Sequence record: OR836606.1
DNA: 64,000 bases
Reading direction: 5' to 3' (one strand)
Source: Staphylococcus phage LY01
Shown here: piece after piece, positions 20,276 to 30,592 of the stretch
Numbering within the stretch: the first letter of the stretch is position 1
Layout of the letters: each line of letters starts with the position of its first letter
Translations under genes and position numbers: made by a program
The notes under the pieces: generated by a model
What the model was told of the DNA's origin: nothing
The model's input: only the letters and a program-made list of their open reading frames with translations
The model's database searches: none

Positions 20276-22441
20276 ATGAAGCTTTATAGAATAGAAGAAT
20301 TAATTGACAGAAATAATAATGGTGAAATTGTTATTACTAAAATTAAAGATAATGAAAATAGACCATTGATTACAACCAAAACTAAAAAGAAAGAAAAATT
20401 ATTATTAAAAATAGAATTTGATTCTGAAGAATATAAAAAATTATCTTTTAATGAATATGAAGAGGTTAATCTATTTGAATCAACTTCATATATTAAAAAA
20501 GAATATGGTATTGAAAATCCCATATTAAAACAAAACGAATTAACTAAAGATGTTTTAGTATATGAAGAAAGACCTTATGAATTAATTGGTGAATTAAAAT
20601 ATGATTTATTCACTATTTATTATAATTACTTAGGTAAAATGGAAAGAATATACGATACCAACTATATAGGTAATATCGAGTATGAAGATTTAAATTTTAA
20701 TAATTTGGTAGAAAGAGAGGTGAAAATTGAGCCGTATCCGCCAATTTATAGAGATAATAATAAATACCCTAAAGATTATGCGTTTAATCAAAAAATATTA
20801 AAAGAATCTGAATTAGTAGATGGAATTATATATAATGGTTTAATAGAAGATGGAAGAATATTCTATGATGCATATTTAGGAGATACTTATAGAACTAGAG
20901 AAAGTGATTTCGATGGAGCATATAAGCGTAATTCAGGATATGACAGGTTCTTAGGAAAAGGATATGTGACTATAGAAGATGGAATATTAGAAATGAAAAT
21001 TAATATCCCTAAATCTTCTTATTATGAAGTAAGATTTGGTGCTGGAAACCATTATAATAATGGTACAGTAAATAAAGTGTTTATAGATAATGTAGGAAGT
21101 TATTTTAGAACTCCTACGAATAGAAGTTTAGTTTGGTTTAGATCTATATTAGAAAAATATAATGACACAACAGATGAATATTTTGAAGAGGAACCAATAT
21201 ATTTAGAAAAAGGAACTCATACATTTAAATTTGAATATGATAAAAACTTCTCTACTAAAGAAAATGATATAGATGTTATATTACTAAAAGAAGTTGAATT
21301 TCCTGAAGCTAAAAATCCTTTCTATTCTAAAAAAGAAAATTATTTCAAAGTAGGAACTAGAACTATAATACCTATCAAAGATTTCTATATAGATAACGAT
21401 TCTTATAATCAAGGAACTGGTAAAACTTTAGAGACTTTTAAAATAGATAATAATGCCACGAATATAGAAGAAGTTAGTAGTTTATCTGATAAATTTTCTT
21501 TAACTACAGGAACTGTCAAGAATATTGTAACTTTAACTGAATCTGGAATGTATGATTTTAAAATATTGTTTAGAAGAAAATTTAATAATGATGAAATAAA
21601 GAATTCTAAACAAGAGGAAGCTGTAGTAAATATTAATGGTAAAAACTATATTGCTAAGGTTCATGAAGATCATAACAATTTGTGTACTTTAGGTCTTTAT
21701 AAAAGATTTCCCGAAATGAATATAGATGAATATATCAATGAAATTTATCTTAGAAAAGAAAATAATATACAAATAACTACAGCTGATGAAAATAATTTCT
21801 TATTTGATTCTCTTATTATAAATTCAAATACTGTTAAGAAACATTCAGATGTTAATAAAAAGGCATTAGTATATCCTAATATTAAAAATTATTATTTTAT
21901 ATATGAAGATTATGTAATGACCAATGGAAATAATGAATTAAATAATATTGATTCAGATACTGACCCTAGATCATTTGATAGTATTCAATCATACAGTAAT
22001 GAAGGAATTGAGTATTATATTAAAGAAGAACCAATACATTATGCGCTTAATAATTTTGACTGGAAAGATAAAAAATTAAAATATGAAGTTCATTATAAGA
22101 ATAATATTCAAGGATTAGAAATTAAAGTTCCTATTGAATCTTATTACTTGCCTAAATTATTAATGATTCATGATGATATGGATTTTGATAGATATATGAT
22201 ATTTAAGCCTTATATATTTGAATCTATCAAATATACATCTAATGATTTAAGTTATGAAAATTATATACAAAAATTTAGTAAATATGATTCTAAATTAGTT
22301 CCTTTACAAAATTATACAGATGAATTATTATCAGAAATGATATATGACCTTGGAGAAGATTGGAAAGATAGACTATTGAACGAGGTAGTAAATCTGGATG
22401 ACATAACATTTTGTCATATTTACAGCAGAATTAATAAATAA
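20276..22441 (+). CDS. hypothetical structural protein (721 aa)
   Basis: Long ORF with RBS. Bidirectional terminator downstream. Confidence 0.5.
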   Translation: MKLYRIEELIDRNNNGEIVITKIKDNENRPLITTKTKKKEKLLLKIEFDSEEYKKLSFNEYEEVNLFESTSYIKKEYGIENPILKQNELTKDVLVYEERPYELIGELKYDLFTIYYNYLGKMERIYDTNYIGNIEYEDLNFNNLVEREVKIEPYPPIYRDNNKYPKDYAFNQKILKESELVDGIIYNGLIEDGRIFYDAYLGDTYRTRESDFDGAYKRNSGYDRFLGKGYVTIEDGILEMKINIPKSSYYEVRFGAGNHYNNGTVNKVFIDNVGSYFRTPTNRSLVWFRSILEKYNDTTDEYFEEEPIYLEKGTHTFKFEYDKNFSTKENDIDVILLKEVEFPEAKNPFYSKKENYFKVGTRTIIPIKDFYIDNDSYNQGTGKTLETFKIDNNATNIEEVSSLSDKFSLTTGTVKNIVTLTESGMYDFKILFRRKFNNDEIKNSKQEEAVVNINGKNYIAKVHEDHNNLCTLGLYKRFPEMNIDEYINEIYLRKENNIQITTADENNFLFDSLIINSNTVKKHSDVNKKALVYPNIKNYYFIYEDYVMTNGNNELNNIDSDTDPRSFDSIQSYSNEGIEYYIKEEPIHYALNNFDWKDKKLKYEVHYKNNIQGLEIKVPIESYYLPKLLMIHDDMDFDRYMIFKPYIFESIKYTSNDLSYENYIQKFSKYDSKLVPLQNYTDELLSEMIYDLGEDWKDRLLNEVVNLDDITFCHIYSRINK

Positions 22442-22453
22442 TTCAAAAATATT

Positions 22454-22484
22454 CCCCTAATACTAAATTAATAGTATTAGGGGA
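22454..22484. terminator. bidirectional rho-independent terminator
   Basis: CCCCTAATACT ... AGTATTAGGGG stem with U-rich flanks on both strands, between convergent genes. Confidence 0.6.
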
Positions 22485-22503
22485 TTTTATTTGAGAAAAT
22501 CTA

Positions 22504-23310
22504 TTATTTAAGATCTCCGTTACCAGAGCCGGTGATTCCGCCTTTATTATAGTCGAAATCAGATAAGTTGTCACCAGCAGTTTTAGGTGCAGCTGGATCG
22601 AACATACCTTGTTCAGTGAAGCTGTAAATTTCATTAAGTTTAGATTTAGCAAAATCATTTACACGTGAAGAGATTTCCATATTACCTGCAAAGTCTTGCT
22701 CAATTTGTGCTTCTTCATGAGTTTCCATAGTGTAGTTATGGTGATCAAGAGAAATACGAGTAGGCATTACTGCAGTGTAATAAGCAGCGAATTCAATATT
22801 ATTTTTAGATGTATTATTAGCATCCGGACGAGTTTGGATATATAATAATTCACCTGTATGGTTTTTAGCAGCATATTCTAAATTATGAATTTTAGGATAA
22901 GTTGCAATACCAGTACGAGGATCACGGATACCAGATACCCAATATTGATACATATTTTTAATTGGACTACCAGAAAATTCTTGGTGAGTCATTTGGAAAC
23001 CAGTGTTTCCTTTTGTAATACTAGCGGCTGTACGATAGTTATTACCATTAAACGTATGCATATATTCATTTGTAGTCATTTCAATATTTTCTAAACCTTG
23101 GAATGATTTAAAGTTCTTTTGTGTCATAGCTTTAAATCCAGGGAATTGTTTTTCAACCCAAGAAGGAATTTTAGTCCATACTATGAACGAATAACCAGTT
23201 ACGAATGGATCAAACTCAAGAGTTTGAAGGTTCATATGTCCATTATAGAACCATTTGTTCTTAGCGATGTTATTGTCAAACACACGCTGATTTTTACTTG
23301 GTAAAATCAT
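22504..23310 (-). CDS. putative tail tube protein (268 aa)
   Basis: Size and position immediately downstream of the sheath-like gene on the same strand. No direct motif evidence. Confidence 0.4.
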   Translation of the reverse strand: MILPSKNQRVFDNNIAKNKWFYNGHMNLQTLEFDPFVTGYSFIVWTKIPSWVEKQFPGFKAMTQKNFKSFQGLENIEMTTNEYMHTFNGNNYRTAASITKGNTGFQMTHQEFSGSPIKNMYQYWVSGIRDPRTGIATYPKIHNLEYAAKNHTGELLYIQTRPDANNTSKNNIEFAAYYTAVMPTRISLDHHNYTMETHEEAQIEQDFAGNMEISSRVNDFAKSKLNEIYSFTEQGMFDPAAPKTAGDNLSDFDYNKGGITGSGNGDLK

Positions 23311-23423
23311 ATATTATTTTCTCCTTTTCATTAATCTTATTTACATAAATGTATATTATAGAAGTTTATATATCATCTTCATACTTATAATTTAATATAA
23401 GATCTTTATTTATATAATAAAAT

Positions 23424-23453
23424 AGGATACGACTGTATATTAAGTCGTATCCT
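23424..23453 (-). terminator. rho-independent terminator (minus strand)
   Basis: GGATACGACT ... AGTCGTATCC stem followed by a U-rich tract on the minus strand. Confidence 0.5.
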
Positions 23454-23463
23454 ATAAATTTAA

Positions 23464-26400
23464 TTATTTTTCAACATTAATGTCAATGAAGATACGTTCA
23501 ATAACATTATTGAATTTAACAGAAATTTTAATACGTACAATACGTTGAGATTTATCATATTCATCTGCGCTAACTTCAGCTTGAATAGTTTCACAGCTAC
23601 GGTTAGATACATAACGAGTAAGATAAGCATTCAACTCTGTACTCATAATTGAACGAGTTTCATCATCATTTAATTCAAATTGGTAATCAGAAACAAGAGT
23701 TTCTGCATCACGTTTAATTTGGTTTAATGTAAAGATATTATTCAAGTTAGATAATGGACCATCAGATTTAATAGAAGTCATCTGTGCACCAAATTTAGTT
23801 TTATCAATATCTTTTTCAATGTAGTTGATTTTAGAAGTATAAAGTTTTTCTTTATAAGGTTCATTAGGAGCCCAAGATAAAGCTTTATGGCCTTCAACTA
23901 AACCACGTCTAGGACCCGCAATTGGGAAATGTAAACCAGAGTTAACAGCTTGATAAGGAATCATTGAAGCTAAACGATAAGTTGGAGTGAAACGAATGTC
24001 TCTACCAGTGTACTCATCATAATAAGTTAAATCTTGAGAGTAAATAGCTGTATACTCAGAAGAAACAGCAAATTCTTCTTTTCTCCATCTAATTGCATCT
24101 TCAGGACTAACTGGATAACGATCAGTAACTGTGTCGGCTAAGAATACAAAGTCTTTACGAACATTTTTAGCTAATTCAGAGATAGCGAACTTAACTTCAT
24201 TAGAATAACGAGCATCAAGTACAACATCAAATGGATAAGCTTTAGTGTTTGTAATTTCTTCGTCTACTAAACCTTTATAAGCTTTAATTAATTCACGATT
24301 AACTGCATTTTTACGATCCTTATATGAAATATCTTCAGCATATGAGAAGTCGCCATCAGAACCGAATAAGAATTTAACTGGACTAGAAATATCAATAAGG
24401 TTTGTATTGAAGTATTTAGAGTTAGCCTTATTCAAGTTAGCAACTGCTAATTCAATATTTTGATGAGCGTTTAATGTAATATCTCTTTCTGTATAGTTAG
24501 AACGAGTTTGAATCATTTCGTCAATATTTTTACGGAAGATAGAAATATCATAATAGATTGTATTAACCGCAATACGGACTGCACGAGCAACTTTGTATAC
24601 AGAAGCCACTGATACAGCTCTATTAATTAAATCTACTAATTGATTAGCAATTTCATTACAAGTTACGAATACTTCTTCACGGTTAACAGCGTTATCTTCC
24701 ATTAATCCTAATGTAATATCGTCAACTAACATTTGTTTGTCAGCCAATGAATTTAACATGGATTCTGGAGAAACTAAGTCACGTTCTGAATCTTCATCGT
24801 CACCATCAGGAGTAGTGTTAATAAAATTAATTGCTTCTTCAGGGAGTCCTTCACGTACTGCTGGCATTAAGTTATCTATTACATAACGTAATTCTGTTTC
24901 AGTATCATTTAATACTTTAGCCATTCCTTCTAAGTTAGTTACAGATTTCATACCAATACGTAATTCAGCGATATCATTTGTAATATCTAAGATATTAGAT
25001 TTATGTTGAATACCGAAGATACGGATTTGGTCTTTCTGAGCTAATACATCACGTAATTCTTTAACATCAGCTTGATATTTAGGATTTGAAGAAATACCTG
25101 AATTAGATTTATAAACTAATTCGTAAGCAGCATTAAGTTTATTACCATTATCTAAGAATTCATTTAATAATAAAGAACCAATTTCTTCTGTTCCAGAAAG
25201 AACTGCAGAAAGGTTTTCTTCATTTGAATCTTCAAAATAAGTGTTATAATCTTGAACTAAACGTTCAGCTGCTCCAGCAGGTTTACCACCGAAATTAATT
25301 TCAGAAGGTTTGAATTTTCCAGCTAATTCTTCTTCAACTGCTTCTGCATCATTAATATCTGCAGATACATCTTCTTGATTTAATTTTTCAGAAACTAAAT
25401 TATCTTTAATAATTTTAGGTAAGTTACCTGTATCATCATCAAATAAACCATTAGATGGCACAATAATTTTATTCAATAATGATTTAAATTCTGTAAAATT
25501 ATCAGAACGTAAAGTTTTGTATTGATCTCTCATATAAGAAAGACGGTCTGAATCTGTAACGAAAGTTTTTTCACGCATACCATTATCTAATGAAATTAAT
25601 GCGTTTTCAACTGGATCATTAAAATCAGGTTTATTCAATACGTGTTTACCACTAATAGTTACTGGTAGACCTTTGTTATTATAACGGTGTAAAGCAATAT
25701 GAACATCTTCCGTTTGTTTAGTTTCTTCTGAATAGAAAGTTTCAGGAGTTCCATCAATACTAATTTTAGATTTACCAGAAATAACATCAATACTTGCAGG
25801 ATGTACATTAGGGTTAATTTCTTTAGCTAGATTTTGGAAGTTTTCTAGATTAAATTTGATGTTAATGTATTTAGAATAACGATTAACAACTTCTTCAATA
25901 AACATTGATTCACCGGTATCTGAAATCGAATCTGGATCAAATGTAACTAAGAATGGACCATCAATTACGTTAACGTTACCAAAATCATCAAATTCAAGAA
26001 CTTCTAAGTTGTAAACACGTTCAGTACGACCACTAGTGTCATAAGAAGTATTTAGAGTTAAACGAATACCTAAATCATTATAAGATTCACCACGACCATT
26101 AGGATAAGCTAAAAGTAAGAAGTTATTGTTATAACCATCTACTGTTTGCTCATTACCACGGTCTAAAGTAATTTCATTAACTAATTCTTCAATATTTCTA
26201 TTATTTTTCTTAACAAATGCAATTGTTGGACGAATTTTGACATCGTCAATTTTAACCAATTCATTTGATTCTGTTAAAACTTTTTTACCATCTTTTTGTA
26301 CTCTACTTTGTACGTTTAATATAGCATGTGAATAAGTTGCATTTTGCGGTAGAATACGTAATACATAAGCTTGACCACCAGAACGTAACCAGTTCACGAT

Positions 26401-26616
26401 GTTATAAGCAGATTGACCGTATTTCGTATAGTTTGGTTCACCATATTTAAAAATAAATTCTTCTTCAGTACCTACAAAATCAATAACTCCATCTTTACCT
26501 TTTTCAAAAGTGTCTGCAGCAAATAATGTTACTGGACCTTCAGCTGTTTGATAACTATTTTGATAAGAGTTGATTTGTGTTTGTACAGAAGGATGGAGAT
26601 ACATAAAGTCTGCCAT
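23464..26616 (-). CDS. putative tail sheath protein (1050 aa, unusually large)
   Basis: N-terminal region (...YNIVNWLRSGGQAYVLRILP) and C-terminal beta-rich domain resemble the conserved ends of contractile sheath proteins (T4 gp18-like pattern ...NFLQYGNDLRVVR). Followed by a tube-sized gene. Confidence 0.55.
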   Translation of the reverse strand: MADFMYLHPSVQTQINSYQNSYQTAEGPVTLFAADTFEKGKDGVIDFVGTEEEFIFKYGEPNYTKYGQSAYNIVNWLRSGGQAYVLRILPQNATYSHAILNVQSRVQKDGKKVLTESNELVKIDDVKIRPTIAFVKKNNRNIEELVNEITLDRGNEQTVDGYNNNFLLLAYPNGRGESYNDLGIRLTLNTSYDTSGRTERVYNLEVLEFDDFGNVNVIDGPFLVTFDPDSISDTGESMFIEEVVNRYSKYINIKFNLENFQNLAKEINPNVHPASIDVISGKSKISIDGTPETFYSEETKQTEDVHIALHRYNNKGLPVTISGKHVLNKPDFNDPVENALISLDNGMREKTFVTDSDRLSYMRDQYKTLRSDNFTEFKSLLNKIIVPSNGLFDDDTGNLPKIIKDNLVSEKLNQEDVSADINDAEAVEEELAGKFKPSEINFGGKPAGAAERLVQDYNTYFEDSNEENLSAVLSGTEEIGSLLLNEFLDNGNKLNAAYELVYKSNSGISSNPKYQADVKELRDVLAQKDQIRIFGIQHKSNILDITNDIAELRIGMKSVTNLEGMAKVLNDTETELRYVIDNLMPAVREGLPEEAINFINTTPDGDDEDSERDLVSPESMLNSLADKQMLVDDITLGLMEDNAVNREEVFVTCNEIANQLVDLINRAVSVASVYKVARAVRIAVNTIYYDISIFRKNIDEMIQTRSNYTERDITLNAHQNIELAVANLNKANSKYFNTNLIDISSPVKFLFGSDGDFSYAEDISYKDRKNAVNRELIKAYKGLVDEEITNTKAYPFDVVLDARYSNEVKFAISELAKNVRKDFVFLADTVTDRYPVSPEDAIRWRKEEFAVSSEYTAIYSQDLTYYDEYTGRDIRFTPTYRLASMIPYQAVNSGLHFPIAGPRRGLVEGHKALSWAPNEPYKEKLYTSKINYIEKDIDKTKFGAQMTSIKSDGPLSNLNNIFTLNQIKRDAETLVSDYQFELNDDETRSIMSTELNAYLTRYVSNRSCETIQAEVSADEYDKSQRIVRIKISVKFNNVIERIFIDINVEK

Positions 26617-26743
26617 ATGTTTTGTAACCTTCCTTTCGAATATTTACATCTATGTGATTAATTTCAATAGATTTTATATTATAATCAAATTTTATAATAG
26701 TATGTTTAATTTAGAAAACTATATACAGCGATGTGTTTTATGT

Positions 26744-26962
26744 TTATTTTAAACTTTCTTCCATTATTCTTAAAACTTCATCCTTAAATTCATCAGGTAT
26801 TTGGTTCCAATTAATTATCTCATGAAATAATAAGAATGACAAATAAGGAGGATATTTCTTTTTATTAAAGTTAAACTCAATAAATGTTAATACACTTCTA
26901 GATAATTTAAGTAATACTTTTGATACTTTCCAGAATATTTCCATAATATATTTCACTTCCAT
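26744..26962 (-). CDS. hypothetical protein (72 aa)
   Basis: Short ORF overlapping the stop of the upstream gene. Confidence 0.35.
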   Translation of the reverse strand: MEVKYIMEIFWKVSKVLLKLSRSVLTFIEFNFNKKKYPPYLSFLLFHEIINWNQIPDEFKDEVLRIMEESLK

Positions 26963-26965
26963 TAA

Positions 26966-27712
26966 TTAGTATTTCATAACATCTTCTAAAGGAGATCGTT
27001 TCTCTTTACCACCCTTAGCAGTTCTACCTATAGATGTTACAATTGTATCATCCATGCCTTCAAATGTAAATGAAGCAAATGTGGAGTTAAGGTTAGGTAA
27101 TTTCTTAAGGTTATAGTTAATATAATCTAAAGGTCCAACATTCTGATTTTTATTTAAAGCTATTCTGTAAGGTGTTTCTACATTTTCTTTATATCTACAT
27201 AATTCAGCAATAATCAATTCATAAGTTAATGAATTAGATTTAAGGTTTACTTTATTACTATCTAATACATCATAATGGAGTTTAATAATATCATTATAAT
27301 CTATGAAGGTAGGTAGTTTCCCTGCATGGAATAAGAATAAGAAATTTTTAACCGTTTCAGCAGATTGTTCAATGTTAACATTAGCTACAAATTGACAACC
27401 TGTTCTTAATCTAAAAACTTCATACTGTATTGAATCCATATTGTCTGATAATTTTCCATCAAACTTAAAATTCTCTACATAATTAAAATCAATAGGATTA
27501 GGATATTTCATCTTTCTTAGTACACCTTGTTTACCTTCTTCAGCCTGTTTTTCAGTTTTAATTTCAAATTGGAACATTCCATAAGTATTAATATATTCAC
27601 CACGGTGTTCAGATAAACCTTTTTTAAATTGCTCCCTTGGAATATAAATGTCTAATATTTCACCAGTGAATATAATAGAATTTCCATCTCTTTTAAGTTC
27701 TTTAAGTTTCAA
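26966..27712 (-). CDS. hypothetical protein (248 aa)
   Basis: ORF downstream of nrdF on the same strand. Confidence 0.5.
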   Translation of the reverse strand: MKLKELKRDGNSIIFTGEILDIYIPREQFKKGLSEHRGEYINTYGMFQFEIKTEKQAEEGKQGVLRKMKYPNPIDFNYVENFKFDGKLSDNMDSIQYEVFRLRTGCQFVANVNIEQSAETVKNFLFLFHAGKLPTFIDYNDIIKLHYDVLDSNKVNLKSNSLTYELIIAELCRYKENVETPYRIALNKNQNVGPLDYINYNLKKLPNLNSTFASFTFEGMDDTIVTSIGRTAKGGKEKRSPLEDVMKY

Positions 27713-27784
27713 TCCATTTTATCTCCTTTCTCATTAATTGAATTAATATATCTTTGTTACAGATCAAAATTTAGCGTAAAAAAT

Positions 27785-27814
27785 CCCCTAACAATCAATT
27801 AAGAATGTTAGGGG
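27785..27814 (-). terminator. rho-independent terminator (minus strand)
   Basis: CCCCTAACA ... TGTTAGGGG stem followed by AUUUUUUAC on the minus strand, after nrdF. Confidence 0.5.
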
Positions 27815-27826
27815 AATACATGTAAA

Positions 27827-28897
27827 TTAATCTATATAATAACTATGACTAAATCTATCATCCGCTTTATTTTTATATGAATCGATTATATTCTTATTAA
27901 GTTCATTAATATCAATTGAATCATAATCTTCTTCTTTAGTATTTTCAGCTTTACCTAATAAATAACCATTTCCTTCTTGAGAGAAGAAATCGTGATTTCC
28001 AGTTGATGTCTTTAATCCTGCCATTACAATAGGATTTACATCTTCGTCAGTAGTTTCGAAAATAGGATCTAATTTAAGGTTTAATAATGCTTTATTGGCA
28101 TTGTATTGAGCAAACAATTTAACATCTTCAGCCCAACCAATTTCAGTATAAACTTCTTCAATGAATTCACATTCAACTTGATAAAGTTCAAATAGTAAGT
28201 TAGTTACCCACATTTTAGTTTCATTTTTTTCTTCTTCACTTAATTTTTCAAATCTCTTACTGAATTTATATCCAATATATGAACCATGAACAGACTCATC
28301 TCTTAAAATTAATTTTATAATTTCAAGAACTGATTTAAGACTATCTTTCAATCTTAAAGGAGTATAGAAACCTGAATAGAATAAGAATGATTCTAAAAAT
28401 ACTGAAGCTGCTTGAACTTTAAGAATGTCTCCAGATTGATAAGCTTCATTTATTAATTTAATTTTCTTTTGTACATATTTATTATTTTCTGCCCATTCAA
28501 AGTTTTCATCTACTTCTTTTGAAGTACATAATGTAGTAAAAATAGTACTATAACTACGAGCATGAATTGATTCCATAAAACCAATATTTCTTAATACGTC
28601 TTCTTCTAATGTAGTTAATGCGCTATGCATTAAAGCATCAGAACCTTCACGAGACTGAAGTGTATCTAAAATAGTTAATTCAGCAAATACTTTATTAACT
28701 ACCCCTTTAGTAACATCATCAGTGTTAGACCAAGCTTTAATATCATTTGAGACTGGAATACGTGTTGATGTCCAAAATTGAGACACTAAAGTATCATATG
28801 TCATAATATCTACATAATCATCTACTCTATTCCAGTTTACAGGTGTATAATAACCTTTATCTTTTGTATAACTTGTTAAGAAATCTCCTCTATCCAT
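27827..28897 (-). CDS. nrdF: ribonucleotide reductase class Ib beta subunit NrdF (356 aa)
   Basis: Ferritin-like RNR small-subunit architecture and conserved E/H metal ligand regions. Located directly downstream of nrdE. Confidence 0.8.
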   Translation of the reverse strand: MDRGDFLTSYTKDKGYYTPVNWNRVDDYVDIMTYDTLVSQFWTSTRIPVSNDIKAWSNTDDVTKGVVNKVFAELTILDTLQSREGSDALMHSALTTLEEDVLRNIGFMESIHARSYSTIFTTLCTSKEVDENFEWAENNKYVQKKIKLINEAYQSGDILKVQAASVFLESFLFYSGFYTPLRLKDSLKSVLEIIKLILRDESVHGSYIGYKFSKRFEKLSEEEKNETKMWVTNLLFELYQVECEFIEEVYTEIGWAEDVKLFAQYNANKALLNLKLDPIFETTDEDVNPIVMAGLKTSTGNHDFFSQEGNGYLLGKAENTKEEDYDSIDINELNKNIIDSYKNKADDRFSHSYYID

Positions 28898-28975
28898 ATT
28901 ATCTTAAACTCCTTCTTTTAATTTTAAATATTATGAATTAGGATAGAATAAACATCTATCCTAATATTTCATTAA

Positions 28976-30430
28976 TTATATACTACAGCTTTCACATTCA
29001 ACAATACCTTGAGAACTTTCATCATGATCAGGTGAATAAATACGAGTATAATACATAGATTTAATACCTTTACTATAAGCATAGTTACGTAATCTACTAA
29101 TATCACGAGTAGTAGTTTCTTTATCTAAAGAATCTTTTTTCCATTCATAAAGTTCTGGATCAAGTTCATTCATTAAGTAAATATTCATAGAAATACCTTG
29201 ATCTACGTGATATTGAGCTTCTGAATATAAATCAATCATATCTCTCATATCTAATTGGTAAGCATTTTTCTTAAAGTATTCAAAGTTGTCTGGTGTAATA
29301 CCTGGCGCTGGATAGAAAGTAGTGCCTGTTTTACCTTCTACACGTTCTTCAATTAACTCAACAATAGGATGAATTGAAGGCGATACTTCTCTAACATAGC
29401 CAATAGACCCATTAGGAGCTACAGCTAATCTATTCTGATTGTATAAACCATCCATAACAATATTATTTCTTAATTGTTCCCAATCGCTATCAGATGGAAT
29501 AAAAATGTCTTTAAATAATTCTTTAACTTTTTCAGTACGTGGTTGAATATTTTTACCAATATAACGTTTATCAAAATAAGAACCATCAGCATATTCAGTT
29601 TTCTCAAATAAATAGAATGATTCATTTTTCTCTTTAGCAATTTTATTTGATTCAACTAATGTCCAATAATTTAATAACATGAAATAAATATTAGTGAAAT
29701 CTTTAGATTCTTCAGAACCATATTGAATGTGGTTTTCAGCTAAGAAAGTGTGTAATCCCATAGCACCTAAACCAACTGTATGAAATAAATCATTTCCTTT
29801 TTTAATTGTAGGTACAGCTTCGATATTAGATTTTTCAGATACTGAATTTAAACTTCTTAACATAGTTCCTACTGATTTACCAAAATCTTCCGATTTCATT
29901 AAACCGGATACAATAGTTGAAGCTAAGTTACATGAAATATCTGTTCCTGTTTTAACATATTGTTGATTATCATCAACTAATGAAGGATATTGTACCTGCA
30001 AAATTTCTGAACACAAATTACTCATTTTAATTTTACCATGACTGATTGGATTAGCTCTATTAGCTGTATCAATATTAATGATATAAGGATATCCAGATTC
30101 TTGTTGTAATTTACTAATTGTGGTTTCTAAATCACGAGCATACATTTTATCTTTACTAATACGTTTATCATCTACAAAGATATCATAATAAGTATTAAAG
30201 TCAATACTGTCGAAATCCAAATCGTAATATTTTTTAATGTCATATGGGCTAAATGTATATAATGATTTATTTTCTTTAACTAACTGATAATATTTGTCTG
30301 GAACGGTTAAACCTAATGAAATAGTTTTTAATCTCACTTTCTCATCAGCATTTTCTTTCTTAGTATCTAAGAATTTCACTACATCTTTATGGAAAATATT
30401 TAAATAGAGCGCACCTGCACCATTACGTTG
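28976..30430 (-). CDS. nrdE: ribonucleotide reductase class Ib alpha subunit NrdE, exon 2 (begins QRNGAGALYLNIF...)
   Basis: C-terminal two-thirds of the RNR large subunit. The annotated ATG at 30433-30431 is predicted to be the last 3 nt of the intron (omega-G = 30431). Confidence 0.8.
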   Translation of the reverse strand, partial: QRNGAGALYLNIFHKDVVKFLDTKKENADEKVRLKTISLGLTVPDKYYQLVKENKSLYTFSPYDIKKYYDLDFDSIDFNTYYDIFVDDKRISKDKMYARDLETTISKLQQESGYPYIINIDTANRANPISHGKIKMSNLCSEILQVQYPSLVDDNQQYVKTGTDISCNLASTIVSGLMKSEDFGKSVGTMLRSLNSVSEKSNIEAVPTIKKGNDLFHTVGLGAMGLHTFLAENHIQYGSEESKDFTNIYFMLLNYWTLVESNKIAKEKNESFYLFEKTEYADGSYFDKRYIGKNIQPRTEKVKELFKDIFIPSDSDWEQLRNNIVMDGLYNQNRLAVAPNGSIGYVREVSPSIHPIVELIEERVEGKTGTTFYPAPGITPDNFEYFKKNAYQLDMRDMIDLYSEAQYHVDQGISMNIYLMNELDPELYEWKKDSLDKETTTRDISRLRNYAYSKGIKSMYYTRIYSPDHDESSQGIVECESCSI

Positions 30431-30592
30431 CATTTATATTAACTATATGAATTTCATATAGATTAGACTATATCTTATACTTCTAATAAGTATTATTATA
30501 TTTAATCGTTGGACAATCATAAAGATTGATGCTGATTAAGTTTATAAACTTTTCCAGCAATTAATAATATTTATACTGAGCCATTAAAATTA
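30431..30592 (-). ncRNA. miniature group I self-splicing intron (162 nt) in nrdE
   Basis: On the minus strand, in order: IGS GGCUCAG pairing with exon end CUGGGU (terminal U.G), P AAUUGCUGG, Q AUCAGCAUC, R GUCCAACGAUUAAAUA, S GAUAUAGUCU, P9 hairpin CUAUAUG/CAUAUAG, 3' tail ending ...AUAAAUG. Splicing yields ...SYVNQLG|QRNGAGALYL, a canonical NrdE junction. Confidence 0.75.

Noticed and set aside
29470-29655. Small ORF inside nrdE on the same strand but a different frame, and similar small ORFs at 43715-44120, 12329-12744 and 14189-14719
   Set aside because: Embedded within long, well-supported CDSs and derived from low-complexity or AT-rich stretches. Spurious.
30431-30433. Start codons of ORFs at 30433, 37980, 35204 and 46289 as independent gene starts
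   Set aside because: Each lies at the 3' end of a predicted intron (…AUG|exon). The reading frames are open upstream and the products are internal fragments of NrdE, terminase or the head gene. There is no RBS.
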